From positions 27,338 to 91,337 of the IMG/VR virus record IMGVR_UViG_3300014835_000071: 64,000 nucleotides of DNA; one strand, 5' to 3'. The position numbers were made by a program, and so were the translations under genes. Within the stretch, counting starts at the first letter, position 1, and each line of letters begins with the position of its first letter. Origin of the DNA: a virus. Below the pieces are notes generated by a model. The model searched no databases. It saw only the letters and a program-made list of their open reading frames with translations, and was not told the DNA's origin. Of this stretch, positions 38,069 through 47,277 are shown piece after piece.

Positions 38069-40330
38069 TTAATCATTGATCAATGTGTCAGTGACTGATA
38101 TACTTCCAACCATTCGTTTTGATTTTGCTATTAAATTAATGGCATCATCCTCAATTGTTATATTCAATACGCCACCATCTTTCAAATCACCAAATAGCAT
38201 CATTTTGGCCATAGTTCGTTTTATCTCGGTATCGATCACTCGTTGTAGCGGTCTAGCTCCCATTTTAGTATCGAATCCTTTTTCAATTAGCCAATTAATC
38301 GTACTAGTATCTATCTTAATACGTACTGATTTTTCTTTAACTTGATTACGTAATTCATTGATAAATTTATCAACTACTTTACGCATGGTATCTTTATCCA
38401 ATTTATTAAATGTGATAATACCATCTAATCTGTTGCGAAATTCTGGTGTGAAGAATTTTTTAAGATCAACGTCAGTGTGTTCTTTTTCTTGATTGCCAAA
38501 TCCTATGTTATTTTTATCAGCTGATTGAGCACCAGCGTTGGTAGTTAATATCACTACCAAATTTCGACAATCCACCTGTTTACCAGTTGAACCAGTAACA
38601 AATCCATTATCCATTATTTGCAGTAATATGGTAGTTACGTCTGGATGTGATTTTTCAACTTCATCCAGTAATAAAATAGCATTTGGATTTTCTTGAATGC
38701 CATTAATCAATAATCCGGTACTTTCTCCAAATCCAACATACCCAGGTGGGCTACCGATTAATTTACTAATGCTATGTTTCTCTTGGTATTCACTCATATC
38801 AAATCGAAGTAATTTAACACCCAAATGCCTAGCCAACGATTGCGCTAATAATGTCTTCCCACAGCCAGTTGGACCCATAAAGATAAAACTGCCAATTGGT
38901 TTATTCTCAGTTTTTAATCCAGCTCTTGCTACTAATATTTTATCAACAACTTCAGTTAACGCAGCATCTTGACCGTAAACATCAGTCGCAAGTTTCGTTT
39001 GTAGCATAGCTAAGTTATGACTTTCGGTTTCCATGATTTGCTCAACTGGTAAATTTACCAATTTAGCTAATTCAACTTGGATTTCGTTTTCGGATACTAC
39101 CCTGCTATCATCTAATGTTATATTAAAACGAGAACAAGCTAGATCAATCAAATCAATTGCCTTATCTGGTAATTTTTTATCTGACTGATATTTAACCGAT
39201 AATTTAATAGCTGTATGTAAAGCACAATCTTTAATTCTAACTTTATGATGACTTTCGTAATATTTCTTAATTCCCTTGAGTATTTTAAAGGTCACGCCAG
39301 CACTAGGTTCATCAATGATTATGCGTTGAAATCTTCGCATCAATGCTCGATCTTTTTCAAAATGCTTACGATATTCCTCCCATGTAGTGGCAGCAATTAC
39401 CTTAATGGTACCCTTACTTAACGCAGGTTTCATCATATTAGCAAGATCATTAGCTGAATTAGAACCTGATCCGGCACCACTAATCATATGCGCCTCATCA
39501 ATAAATAGTACAGTATTTCCTTTTTTCCCTAATGCTGCTATGACTTGTTTAAACCGTTCTTCAAAATCACCACGATATTTACTACCCGCAAGCATAGCGG
39601 AAATATCTAAGTTAAATACCGTATAGTCCAACAAGAATGCCGGTACTTCTTTTTTAACAATGTTATACGCCAATCCCTCGGCAATTGCCGATTTACCAAC
39701 GCCTGGATCACCCACCATTAAAATATTATTTTTGTTACGTCTACCCAATGCCAGTGCTATATTTTCAAGTTCATCAACTCGTCCAATAACTGGGTCAATT
39801 TTATCTTGCTCGACTAGTGCAGTTAAGTTAGTGGTATAAGCTGCTAATGCCTTACTAAGACGCATATCATCTACTACCGGAGTTTTGGTATCAGTTGATT
39901 GTGCCTGTGCTTGTAAATAATCAGTGAATTTATCCTTGTCAATACCAGCTTGTGCAATATAATAGAATGCCCAGCTTCGTTTTTCATTCAGCATCATTAA
40001 AAATGCGTCAGTAATTTCAACTCGTTGGCGATTATTAAAAATTACCTGAGTGAATGATTTATTTAATAAACGTTCTACCGCAACCGTTTTCTTAGGTACG
40101 ACTGCTTCCGACAATGTTATATCATCAAAATTATGCTGAACATGTAAAGCTATCATTTTCTTAAGACTATTGGCATTGGTACCAAATTGGGTTAAGCATA
40201 GTACAAAGTTGGTATTCTGTAACATTGCCAATAGCAAATGTTCAATGGTGATATATTCATGTCGCCCAGTTTTAGCGGCTTCAGCTGCTCTACTCAGTAC
40301 TTCTTCAAAATCAGTGCTTGGTTCTACCAT
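38069..40330 (-). CDS. clpA: ATP-dependent Clp protease ATPase subunit, ClpA type
   Basis: 753 aa; Clp N-domain (HEYITIEHLLL), NBD1 GDPGVGKS/FIDEAH, NBD2 GPTGCGKT/LLDEVEK, RFDMSEY, GSPPGYVG, IGF loop, GARPL; no ClpB middle domain. Confidence 0.95.
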   Translation of the reverse strand: MVEPSTDFEEVLSRAAEAAKTGRHEYITIEHLLLAMLQNTNFVLCLTQFGTNANSLKKMIALHVQHNFDDITLSEAVVPKKTVAVERLLNKSFTQVIFNNRQRVEITDAFLMMLNEKRSWAFYYIAQAGIDKDKFTDYLQAQAQSTDTKTPVVDDMRLSKALAAYTTNLTALVEQDKIDPVIGRVDELENIALALGRRNKNNILMVGDPGVGKSAIAEGLAYNIVKKEVPAFLLDYTVFNLDISAMLAGSKYRGDFEERFKQVIAALGKKGNTVLFIDEAHMISGAGSGSNSANDLANMMKPALSKGTIKVIAATTWEEYRKHFEKDRALMRRFQRIIIDEPSAGVTFKILKGIKKYYESHHKVRIKDCALHTAIKLSVKYQSDKKLPDKAIDLIDLACSRFNITLDDSRVVSENEIQVELAKLVNLPVEQIMETESHNLAMLQTKLATDVYGQDAALTEVVDKILVARAGLKTENKPIGSFIFMGPTGCGKTLLAQSLARHLGVKLLRFDMSEYQEKHSISKLIGSPPGYVGFGESTGLLINGIQENPNAILLLDEVEKSHPDVTTILLQIMDNGFVTGSTGKQVDCRNLVVILTTNAGAQSADKNNIGFGNQEKEHTDVDLKKFFTPEFRNRLDGIITFNKLDKDTMRKVVDKFINELRNQVKEKSVRIKIDTSTINWLIEKGFDTKMGARPLQRVIDTEIKRTMAKMMLFGDLKDGGVLNITIEDDAINLIAKSKRMVGSISVTDTLIND

Positions 40331-40346
40331 TAATATACCTATATAG

Positions 40347-41195
40347 TTACGTTATATTGTTAATTTCATTATTTAATTGAATTAATCTATTAATTAAATC
40401 AATGTTTCTAATCGCAGGTGTCTTTATTTTAGTAACTGCCACAAAATTACCACGATGTCCAGAATGCAAATTGGTGAATCCACCACCTGGTCGAATGAAT
40501 TCAGTACCAGTTTCCGCACCAGCTGTTATTTCCATCATTACTTCAACCCCAGTTACTAATAATACTGATTTTCGGCAACCAATCATAGCATCAATCGGTG
40601 AAATTTCCAAGTCAATATAAATATCATTACCCATTCGTCGATAGATATCGGATGCCGATACCCCGATTGTGACATTAAGATTTCCACGAGCCACCCCAGG
40701 TATTGAATCATCACCGAGACCTTGGTATTGGATAGTAGCGCCATGTTCAACGCCAGCTGGTATATCAATTACTATACTCTGATTTTTACCACTTGGCAAG
40801 TTATATTTTGCTTCTAATTGTTTACCATTAACTGAATCAATAAATGAGACTTGACAATTCATATTCAAGTCTCGATTTCGTTGTGCCTGTTGGTGATGTT
40901 GTTGTCCAAATATATGTGAAAAATGAGCACCGGCAAATTGCTGACCAAAAATGTCATGAAAATTGTGATGAGTGGTATGCGTATGTTGTCCAAAACCACC
41001 TGTGTGCCCATTATCATACGCAGCGCGTTTATCAGGATTACCCAATGTTTCATACGCAGATGCAATATCTTTAAATTTTGCTTGATCACCGCCTTTGTCA
41101 GGGTGATGCTGATTAGCTAATCTTCTATATGCTTGTTTAATGTCGGATGCTGTGGCATTCTTTTCAATGCCCAATGTTTGATAATGTGCTGTCAT
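40347..41195 (-). CDS. dnaJ: Class B J-domain co-chaperone (DnaJ/CbpA-like)
   Basis: 282 aa; J domain with intact HPD, G/F/H-rich linker, C-terminal domain, no CxxCxGxG zinc finger. Confidence 0.92.
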   Translation of the reverse strand: MTAHYQTLGIEKNATASDIKQAYRRLANQHHPDKGGDQAKFKDIASAYETLGNPDKRAAYDNGHTGGFGQHTHTTHHNFHDIFGQQFAGAHFSHIFGQQHHQQAQRNRDLNMNCQVSFIDSVNGKQLEAKYNLPSGKNQSIVIDIPAGVEHGATIQYQGLGDDSIPGVARGNLNVTIGVSASDIYRRMGNDIYIDLEISPIDAMIGCRKSVLLVTGVEVMMEITAGAETGTEFIRPGGGFTNLHSGHRGNFVAVTKIKTPAIRNIDLINRLIQLNNEINNIT

Positions 41196-41236
41196 ATTAA
41201 TAAATTCCTGTTGATTTGTGAATAGGTTATATTGTA

Positions 41237-41265
41237 ATTATACTATTTTACAAATCAACAGTCAA
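41237..41265 (-). promoter_or_regulatory. Sigma70-type promoter for dnaJ-clpA
   Basis: - strand TTGACT-N17-TATAAT upstream of ATG 41195. Confidence 0.85.
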
Positions 41266-41276
41266 GTCTTAATTTT

Positions 41277-41486
41277 TTAAGAAGTAGGCACTTTCGTACC
41301 TCTGTATTTCTTATGCTTTTTAAATTTATTTATTGATGTAACTTTCTCAACTTTTACAACTTTTACAGCAGATGTTACCATTACGGCAACTGATGATTTG
41401 CTTTTTGCTAATTTACTTTTGTGAACCCCACTGACAGCAGGGGTTATCATGGTTAATGATAATAATAAAGTTATGAATAATCGCAT
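41277..41486 (-). CDS. Small secreted/membrane-anchored basic protein (possible lysis accessory)
   Basis: 69 aa; signal-peptide-like N-terminus MRLFITLLLSLTMITPAVS; follows holin. Confidence 0.55.
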   Translation of the reverse strand: MRLFITLLLSLTMITPAVSGVHKSKLAKSKSSVAVMVTSAVKVVKVEKVTSINKFKKHKKYRGTKVPTS

Positions 41487-41495
41487 ATCGCATCC

Positions 41496-41912
41496 TTATA
41501 ATATTGGGTCAATTGTTGTTGGTATTATTTTACCAAACTTTCCAGACTCAACTTGACTTGGTGTTGAGTTATATGCTGGAGTGGGGATGGGTGAATTCAC
41601 TGGCGTTGGTTGTTGAATTGGTGCGGAAACCGGCGCGGTTGGCAATACCGGTGCGTGTAACTTTTCCTTAGTTCTGCCATGAGAACTTATGCCAATTATA
41701 GCACCCATTGATAAATGGTACAATCCACCTCCCTGTAATGTAACTGATGTCCATGCATCTAATTCCTGGCCAGGATTCCAATATTCCAGCATATTATACA
41801 TGATTGGGCCAATGGCAAAATCAAATAAATTAATTACTACATATGACCATGCCAAAGCTGGTCTCCACATTGTTTTGATCCAGTTATCATGACTTCTTGA
41901 AGTGTGTTCCAT
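41496..41912 (-). CDS. Putative holin (3TM, gene-transfer-agent holin-like)
   Basis: 138 aa; WRPALAWSYVVINLFDF motif, hydrophobic segments, adjacent to endolysin. Confidence 0.7.
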   Translation of the reverse strand: MEHTSRSHDNWIKTMWRPALAWSYVVINLFDFAIGPIMYNMLEYWNPGQELDAWTSVTLQGGGLYHLSMGAIIGISSHGRTKEKLHAPVLPTAPVSAPIQQPTPVNSPIPTPAYNSTPSQVESGKFGKIIPTTIDPIL

Positions 41913-41937
41913 TTTATTTCCCTCGTTTAAGTATACC

Positions 41938-42558
41938 TTATGAACTTAATACATGTAATGCATGATTGTAATGTTCAATTCGATCATTTAGCCCAATAAG
42001 TCCGCCATTGATTCGTTTAGTTAATGTCGTTATATCACCTTTATCCGCCCATTGATTTAACTTATTATTTTCCCAAAACCAACATGCTGATTGCACTGCG
42101 CCTTCAAATGTTGCTAAATATTCTGGAATATCAGCTAATGGTGTATCAATTGATTCGGCAAATTTAGTATAGTTGGACTTACCAGTTAATTGGATTAACC
42201 CCCTTCCACAGTATTTAAAACCATCACCAGTTGATTCTGCGCCATTACCCATACGACCACCGTAAACTCGGTTAGCAATAGCTGCTTGATTTTGTGCATA
42301 TTTTGCCGCTAAGGTGGCAGATGGGAAATATTTAGGAAATACCTTACGTAGAGTTTCAGCTCGATAGTTCAAATTTTCTTTAATAAATTTATATCCACCA
42401 CTTTCGTGGGCGGTTTGTGCCAAGAATGCAGCAACTCGTGGTAATGTATTGATATCATAATCAGGCAGAATCATATCCAATGCAGTGAACCAGTGATCAA
42501 CACACTTATTCCCCGGTATAATCTTACCCAATTGTTCTTCTGTAAATTTAAATGTCAT
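41938..42558 (-). CDS. Glycoside hydrolase family 19 endolysin
   Basis: Start reassigned to ATG 42558 (TAATG coupling); 206 aa; FLAQTAHESGG, GDG.KYCGRGLIQLTGKSNY, ACWFW, TKRINGG. Confidence 0.92.
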   Translation of the reverse strand: MTFKFTEEQLGKIIPGNKCVDHWFTALDMILPDYDINTLPRVAAFLAQTAHESGGYKFIKENLNYRAETLRKVFPKYFPSATLAAKYAQNQAAIANRVYGGRMGNGAESTGDGFKYCGRGLIQLTGKSNYTKFAESIDTPLADIPEYLATFEGAVQSACWFWENNKLNQWADKGDITTLTKRINGGLIGLNDRIEHYNHALHVLSS

Positions 42559-43298
42559 TATGCCTTCTCCAAAGTAATTGCCCACCCATTGTTTTCAAAT
42601 ATAAATGAGTTGCCTATTTTATTGATATTATAATTGCCTATATACTTTGTAAAAAACATAACTTCAGCAATATCAATACTTTCTATCATTATTGGCCCAC
42701 GAATTGCATCATATACAGCTCGAATTGGTCCACTATTTAAAATATTAAATGATAATTTATCAGCCCATATTTTTTTAAATATAATCGATTCATTGATCAC
42801 ATTCACGCTATCGACACCACTCTTTGCAAAAAAATTGCCAAAATTATTCAGCTGATTTCGCTTAGTAGATAATTCATATGACTCTTTATCCACTGGAATT
42901 GCGTTTGTTAAATTTTCAAGTGTTGCATCTTGACTTTTAAAACTTTTAAAATATCGAAAGCGCATATCTGGTATACCTGTCAATAGTTCAATGCCTACTA
43001 ACAATTCTACTATTTGCTCAGCCACATGCCGCCCACGTTCTAATTCCATAAACACCTTATAGGTGCCATCATCGGTTTCGCCGGGACTAACATCTGCGTC
43101 TAACACAAAACAATATCCCATTTCAACAAAATTTTCTAAATCTTTGGCTGGATCTTCACTCTCTACAGTAAACGATAGTACTACTATGTCATAGTCAGCA
43201 CCTATTTTACTTTTGTATGAATCAATATCAAAAACCTTTTTAACTAAATTCTGTAGATCATTTGGACGTAAACTTTCATTAAGTGATTTCATATTCAC
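42558..43298 (-). CDS. Hypothetical phage protein (LNE-S N-terminus)
   Basis: 246 aa; coupled to neighbours. Confidence 0.8.
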   Translation of the reverse strand: MNMKSLNESLRPNDLQNLVKKVFDIDSYKSKIGADYDIVVLSFTVESEDPAKDLENFVEMGYCFVLDADVSPGETDDGTYKVFMELERGRHVAEQIVELLVGIELLTGIPDMRFRYFKSFKSQDATLENLTNAIPVDKESYELSTKRNQLNNFGNFFAKSGVDSVNVINESIIFKKIWADKLSFNILNSGPIRAVYDAIRGPIMIESIDIAEVMFFTKYIGNYNINKIGNSFIFENNGWAITLEKA

Positions 43299-43864
43299 GC
43301 CACCTGCGGTGTTGCAGGTGGCATCCCGCCCCCAATTGGAGCAGGTGGCATTCCACCTCCCATACCCCCTGGCACACCCGGGGCAATTGGCGCAGGTGCA
43401 GGTGGAGCACTAGCTGTTTCCGCTGTGCGATTTTCATTTTTCAATTTATCCATATAACCTTTGTAAATATCAAACGCGACTTTCTTAGGCATTTGTATTT
43501 CAACAATCCATATTTCGTTACGATCAATCTTTCCCTTCTTAGTACCCGGTCTGATGTCATCCGGTGTTTTAATGGATCTTGGCTCAACTAGGTGCGAAGA
43601 TTGGAAACTAACTTTACATCCAATATCGAGTAAACGTTTGCCACCAGATGGATCAGGCATTTTATCCTTTGGCCACATCAACCCAACAGTAATCCAATGA
43701 CGATCAATTTTGGGACCATATGCGATTTCACCATCTATCCAATTTGCGTAGACATACATGTCCAATTCGTCAAGAACTCGTTCAAAGTCCTTCAGTGCTG
43801 CCAAACTTGAATTATTTTCATATAAAGTTTGTATATTTTTAATTACATCGAGAACATCATGCAT
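43295..43864 (-). CDS. Hypothetical phage protein with Pro/Gly-rich tail
   Basis: 189 aa; late-promoter motif upstream. Confidence 0.8.
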   Translation of the reverse strand: MHDVLDVIKNIQTLYENNSSLAALKDFERVLDELDMYVYANWIDGEIAYGPKIDRHWITVGLMWPKDKMPDPSGGKRLLDIGCKVSFQSSHLVEPRSIKTPDDIRPGTKKGKIDRNEIWIVEIQMPKKVAFDIYKGYMDKLKNENRTAETASAPPAPAPIAPGVPGGMGGGMPPAPIGGGMPPATPQVA

Positions 43865-43887
43865 TTTTCATCCCTATAGTATGCTAT

Positions 43888-43895
43888 TATTTATC
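43888..43895 (-). promoter_or_regulatory. Putative late promoter (GATAAATA) for the unit containing the lysis genes
   Basis: 23 nt upstream of ATG 43864. Confidence 0.5.
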
Positions 43896-43947
43896 CATTC
43901 TACTAAAAGAAATCAGTCACTTGATTGTCAAAGTGCCTAATACGTCA

Positions 43948-43979
43948 AAGGGTGGGTGTAAATATTTACACCCACCCTT
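43948..43979. repeat. Perfect 32-bp palindrome
   Basis: aagggtgggtgtaaat|atttacacccaccctt with no spacer; downstream of the clamp-loader stop. Confidence 0.9.
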
Positions 43980-44005
43980 ATTATAGTTGGTTACTGGTAT
44001 GACTA

Positions 44006-44938
44006 CTACGCTTCGTAATTCCTAGCAATTCGAATTAATACTGCTGCTAGATTTATCTCGGCATCGATACATAACGTATGATCAACCAAGCCTTGTTTTA
44101 TTATTAAAATGGCAGTATCTTGTTTTTCGATAGTATCACCGAGTAAATTTAAATTGGTATATAACCAGCGATATATATCTTCCATTTCTTCTGGACGAAC
44201 TTGTCCACATACTAGTTTTCTTGCTTCTGATATTTTTCCAGCTTTGAATAATTCAACCATTTGAATTTTATAATCAGCATCATTGCTATCAGCAATGTCT
44301 GGTATTACCAATGCCCCATTTAGGCTATTCATTTGAATGGTATTGATACATTTACGAAGATCTGGGTAAGTCGCTTTGACAAATGTGTCTAACATATCCA
44401 AGTCAAATTTTACATCCTCGGATAATAGGATAGTTGCCATACGAGCAGTAAATTCATTAATATCAACTTTTTCAATATGAAAACCTTGACATCTGCTATG
44501 CAATGCTGGAATAACTCTATTTGGGTAATTACATGTGAGAATAAATCTTGCGGTTGTATGATATTCCTCCATAACACCACGTAAAGCAGCCTGGGCATTT
44601 GGAGATAAAAAATCACATTCGTCCAGTAGTACCACCTTAAATGAACCAAATGGTATCATCTGTACGAAATTAGTAATTTTATCACGAACATCATCAACTG
44701 AATTAGTTCGTGACGCATTTATTTCTAAAATATCAAGTGGGTGTATATTCAATACATTAAATAATATCTTAGCTAATGTCGTCTTACCAATTCCAGCATT
44801 TCCACTAATTAATAAATGTGGTATGGATTTTTGCTCAATCCATGATGCAATCTGGTTTTTTTGGTGCGCATCCCTAAAAACATATCCATCTAATGTTGCA
44901 GGACGATATTTCTCAACCCAAAGTTCAGTAGTTGCCAT
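44006..44938 (-). CDS. gp44: Clamp loader ATPase subunit (T4 gp44 / RFC-small-like)
   Basis: 310 aa; LWVEKYRP, GNAGIGKTT, LLDECD, SRC motif, PDLRKCIN. Confidence 0.92.
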   Translation of the reverse strand: MATTELWVEKYRPATLDGYVFRDAHQKNQIASWIEQKSIPHLLISGNAGIGKTTLAKILFNVLNIHPLDILEINASRTNSVDDVRDKITNFVQMIPFGSFKVVLLDECDFLSPNAQAALRGVMEEYHTTARFILTCNYPNRVIPALHSRCQGFHIEKVDINEFTARMATILLSEDVKFDLDMLDTFVKATYPDLRKCINTIQMNSLNGALVIPDIADSNDADYKIQMVELFKAGKISEARKLVCGQVRPEEMEDIYRWLYTNLNLLGDTIEKQDTAILIIKQGLVDHTLCIDAEINLAAVLIRIARNYEA

Positions 44939-44975
44939 TTATTTTTTACCAATATAATTAAAAGAGGTTAATGAA

Positions 44976-45001
44976 CGCGTGGTATAAGATTATACCACGC
45001 G
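44976..45001 (-). terminator. Stem-loop downstream of groES (terminator or processing hairpin)
   Basis: 12-bp arms cgcgtggtataa / ttataccacgcg; weak U-tail. Confidence 0.55.
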
Positions 45002-45008
45002 AGTAAGC

Positions 45009-45398
45009 TTAATACATTGGATTACTAAAATCAAATGTCTGTGTAGTCGAATTGTTCGATTGACCTAGATATGCATCACTGGGACATTCATCACTGACCA
45101 GCATGATAGATTTAGTTTCCACTCGACGAACCTCAATTGTATCACCAGTGTCTGGCTCAATTTTAATCCCTCTCGTCCATCTACCATGTTCAACTAATAT
45201 CCAATCACCAATTTTGACACTGGTTTGTGCTGTGCCAATTGCGTAAACCTTGGCCCATCTTGGTTTGATACCTTCACTTTTACCATCATCACTTTTAATG
45301 ACAATTCCACTAGCAGTAGTCTGCTCGGCAAAGTTCATATCAGTAACCAATACACTATCATAAATTGGTACTAATTTGTTACATTTAATTGCACTCAT
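45009..45398 (-). CDS. groES: GroES/Cpn10 co-chaperonin
   Basis: 129 aa; P..D.VLV, mobile loop TTASGIVI, V.A+G....VK+GD.+L; C-terminal extension. Confidence 0.85.
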   Translation of the reverse strand: MSAIKCNKLVPIYDSVLVTDMNFAEQTTASGIVIKSDDGKSEGIKPRWAKVYAIGTAQTSVKIGDWILVEHGRWTRGIKIEPDTGDTIEVRRVETKSIMLVSDECPSDAYLGQSNNSTTQTFDFSNPMY

Positions 45399-45727
45399 TT
45401 ATCCGCCACGATAGTTGGTGGCACTGGTACCTTCACTGGCACCTTGGGTATTTCAATAATTGCTGCTCTAATTTGTTCAGCAACTACTGGTGGTGTCATT
45501 GTGGCATTTGGTTGATTGGGTTCACGTATTTCCGCAGGAATATGACGTGTCGTTAATACTTGATCAACATTTTTAACAATTATCTTCCCACCTGGACCAA
45601 TTTCATCACCACGGGCATTAACCCGAACGTTACCCACTGCAATGACCATTTCATTTTGGTTCATTAATTTATTCATATCAACTTCTTTACCTTGCATAGA
45701 TCTATGTACTATTCGTTGTGCTGTCAT
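45395..45727 (-). CDS. Hypothetical protein
   Basis: 110 aa; Pro-rich tail; AGGA RBS. Confidence 0.75.
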   Translation of the reverse strand: MTAQRIVHRSMQGKEVDMNKLMNQNEMVIAVGNVRVNARGDEIGPGGKIIVKNVDQVLTTRHIPAEIREPNQPNATMTPPVVAEQIRAAIIEIPKVPVKVPVPPTIVADK

Positions 45728-45748
45728 ATTATTTTCCTATTATGTTAA

Positions 45749-46252
45749 TTATCTTAAAAATTCTCGCCAATCTAATGAATATTTGATGCTATCTATTCGA
45801 TGTACACCAATTAAATATAAGACAAAACTGGCTACACTAGATCCTCTACCAACACCCCATACTATATTATTCTCCAAACATGTATCAACAAAATATTTAA
45901 GCCATTTTAATAATGTACCTAATTTACGTTGTTCAAATTCGGAAAATTCATCAAGCACTCTAACTCGTTGTTTATCAGTTGTGCATTTATCCAAACAATA
46001 AGCAAGCATGTCTAATTCATAATAGGACACTGGCATAAACCATTGTGCTTGGTATCGTTGGTCAAAAGAATCTATATCCTCACATGTAAAAACTGGACTG
46101 TTAAACTCCATTTCAGTAATTTCTTGGAATTGAATTATAGTTGGACTTTGTGCCACCATTAATTCACTAATTTCTGATATATTCCCTTCATATAAGAATT
46201 TAAATATATCAGAATCGTCAAATATTGGATTTTTAAATTTATCTAAATGCAT
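45749..46252 (-). CDS. Stand-alone fragment homologous to part of DNA polymerase III alpha (DnaE)
   Basis: 167 aa; VWGVGRGSSVASFVLYLIGVHRIDSIKYSLDWREFLR* aligns with DnaE [34 protein letters not shown]. Confidence 0.75.
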   Translation of the reverse strand: MHLDKFKNPIFDDSDIFKFLYEGNISEISELMVAQSPTIIQFQEITEMEFNSPVFTCEDIDSFDQRYQAQWFMPVSYYELDMLAYCLDKCTTDKQRVRVLDEFSEFEQRKLGTLLKWLKYFVDTCLENNIVWGVGRGSSVASFVLYLIGVHRIDSIKYSLDWREFLR

Positions 46253-46262
46253 AAGTGATATA

Positions 46263-46493
46263 TTAGTTTACATTGATAAGTTTGTCAAATCCTTTTTCTT
46301 TATTATTCAACATCTTTTCCCATTCAATAGCACGACGTTCAGTCAACTCTGCCATATAAGTATCCAATGCTGTAGTTATCTGGTGTTGTAGTTCAAAATT
46401 TTGTGTCATGAAATACTTTTTGCCAAGTTCCGCTATTTTAGATTCAAGTTCAGCATCTTTAAACTTTCCCAAATCATATATCAACGGATGCAT
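46263..46493 (-). CDS. Hypothetical helical protein
   Basis: 76 aa; TAATG coupling. Confidence 0.75.
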   Translation of the reverse strand: MHPLIYDLGKFKDAELESKIAELGKKYFMTQNFELQHQITTALDTYMAELTERRAIEWEKMLNNKEKGFDKLINVN

Positions 46494-47209
46494 TAATATT
46501 CGCCCAGATACCTAATATAAACATGTGTACCATGATCACTGCTCCATGCTTCTATCACTTTATGTTGCCCATTCACCAGTAAATTAATCGGCTGACTGAA
46601 AGAATTTTCGTATCGTATAGTCCCGGCGTTCGCAGTCAATAATGATGGAGTTTGTGAAAAAGCTAGCCATTTGGCCTGATCTAATTCTAAGGTTGTTCGA
46701 CTGGTATGGGATGTTATACATTTATAAGTAACATATTTATAAATGACGACATCATTACCGGAGTAGCTGGTAGACGCAACCCACGGCACGGTCGTAGTAG
46801 TGATTGTGTTACTTAGCAAATGAACTCTAATTACTGCGTATTGTGACAAAGCTGCCCAATTGGTAAACGTCAATGAAGTATCAGTAGTTAATGTAAAAAC
46901 TTGAAATGGCCCATTACGTAAATCAATTTCGGCAGTAGAAGATACTGTTTGGGTATGAACTGTGCCGTACATGGTACTATACAGCCCATTACTTAATGTA
47001 CTACCGTGTAAATCATTGATGTGTGGCACATTAGCGGCCATATCACTATTCAATAATGATTTAGATTGTAATGTATCAATTTCAGATTTGGCAACTTCCA
47101 ATGCGATTTTTATAGCCGAAAAGTTATCACGAAATCCTTGGGTGTCATTGTCTATACCAGCCACTGGATAGGTGGCTTCGATTGATGCAAAATTTATATT
47201 ACTACTCAT
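46493..47209 (-). CDS. Virion structural protein with coiled-coil N-terminus and CBM5/12-like insert
   Basis: 238 aa; QGFRDNFSAIK...A..EI..LQ baseplate-type N-terminus; W...Y...Y.C..SHTS...W motif at 46667-46783. Confidence 0.65.
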   Translation of the reverse strand: MSSNINFASIEATYPVAGIDNDTQGFRDNFSAIKIALEVAKSEIDTLQSKSLLNSDMAANVPHINDLHGSTLSNGLYSTMYGTVHTQTVSSTAEIDLRNGPFQVFTLTTDTSLTFTNWAALSQYAVIRVHLLSNTITTTTVPWVASTSYSGNDVVIYKYVTYKCITSHTSRTTLELDQAKWLAFSQTPSLLTANAGTIRYENSFSQPINLLVNGQHKVIEAWSSDHGTHVYIRYLGEY

Positions 47210-47241
47210 ATATTATCCCTAGGTAATGTTGTTATTTTTAA

Positions 47242-47249
47242 TATTTAGG
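47242..47249 (-). promoter_or_regulatory. Putative late promoter (CCTAAATA)
   Basis: 32 nt upstream of ATG 47209. Confidence 0.4.
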
Positions 47250-47277
47250 CTGATTGTACATTGGTACTATTAAAATG

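Noticed and set aside
43283-43591. + strand ORFs overlapping the Pro/Gly-rich tail
   Set aside because: Products of local GC-rich low complexity within a clear - strand gene.
43896-43931. TTGACA on the - strand upstream of 43864 as a sigma70 promoter
   Set aside because: No -10 hexamer at 16-18 nt spacing.
45749-46252. DnaE fragment as a split-intein precursor like cyanobacterial dnaE-N
   Set aside because: ORF ends at EFLR with no intein N-segment and is far shorter than DnaE-N.
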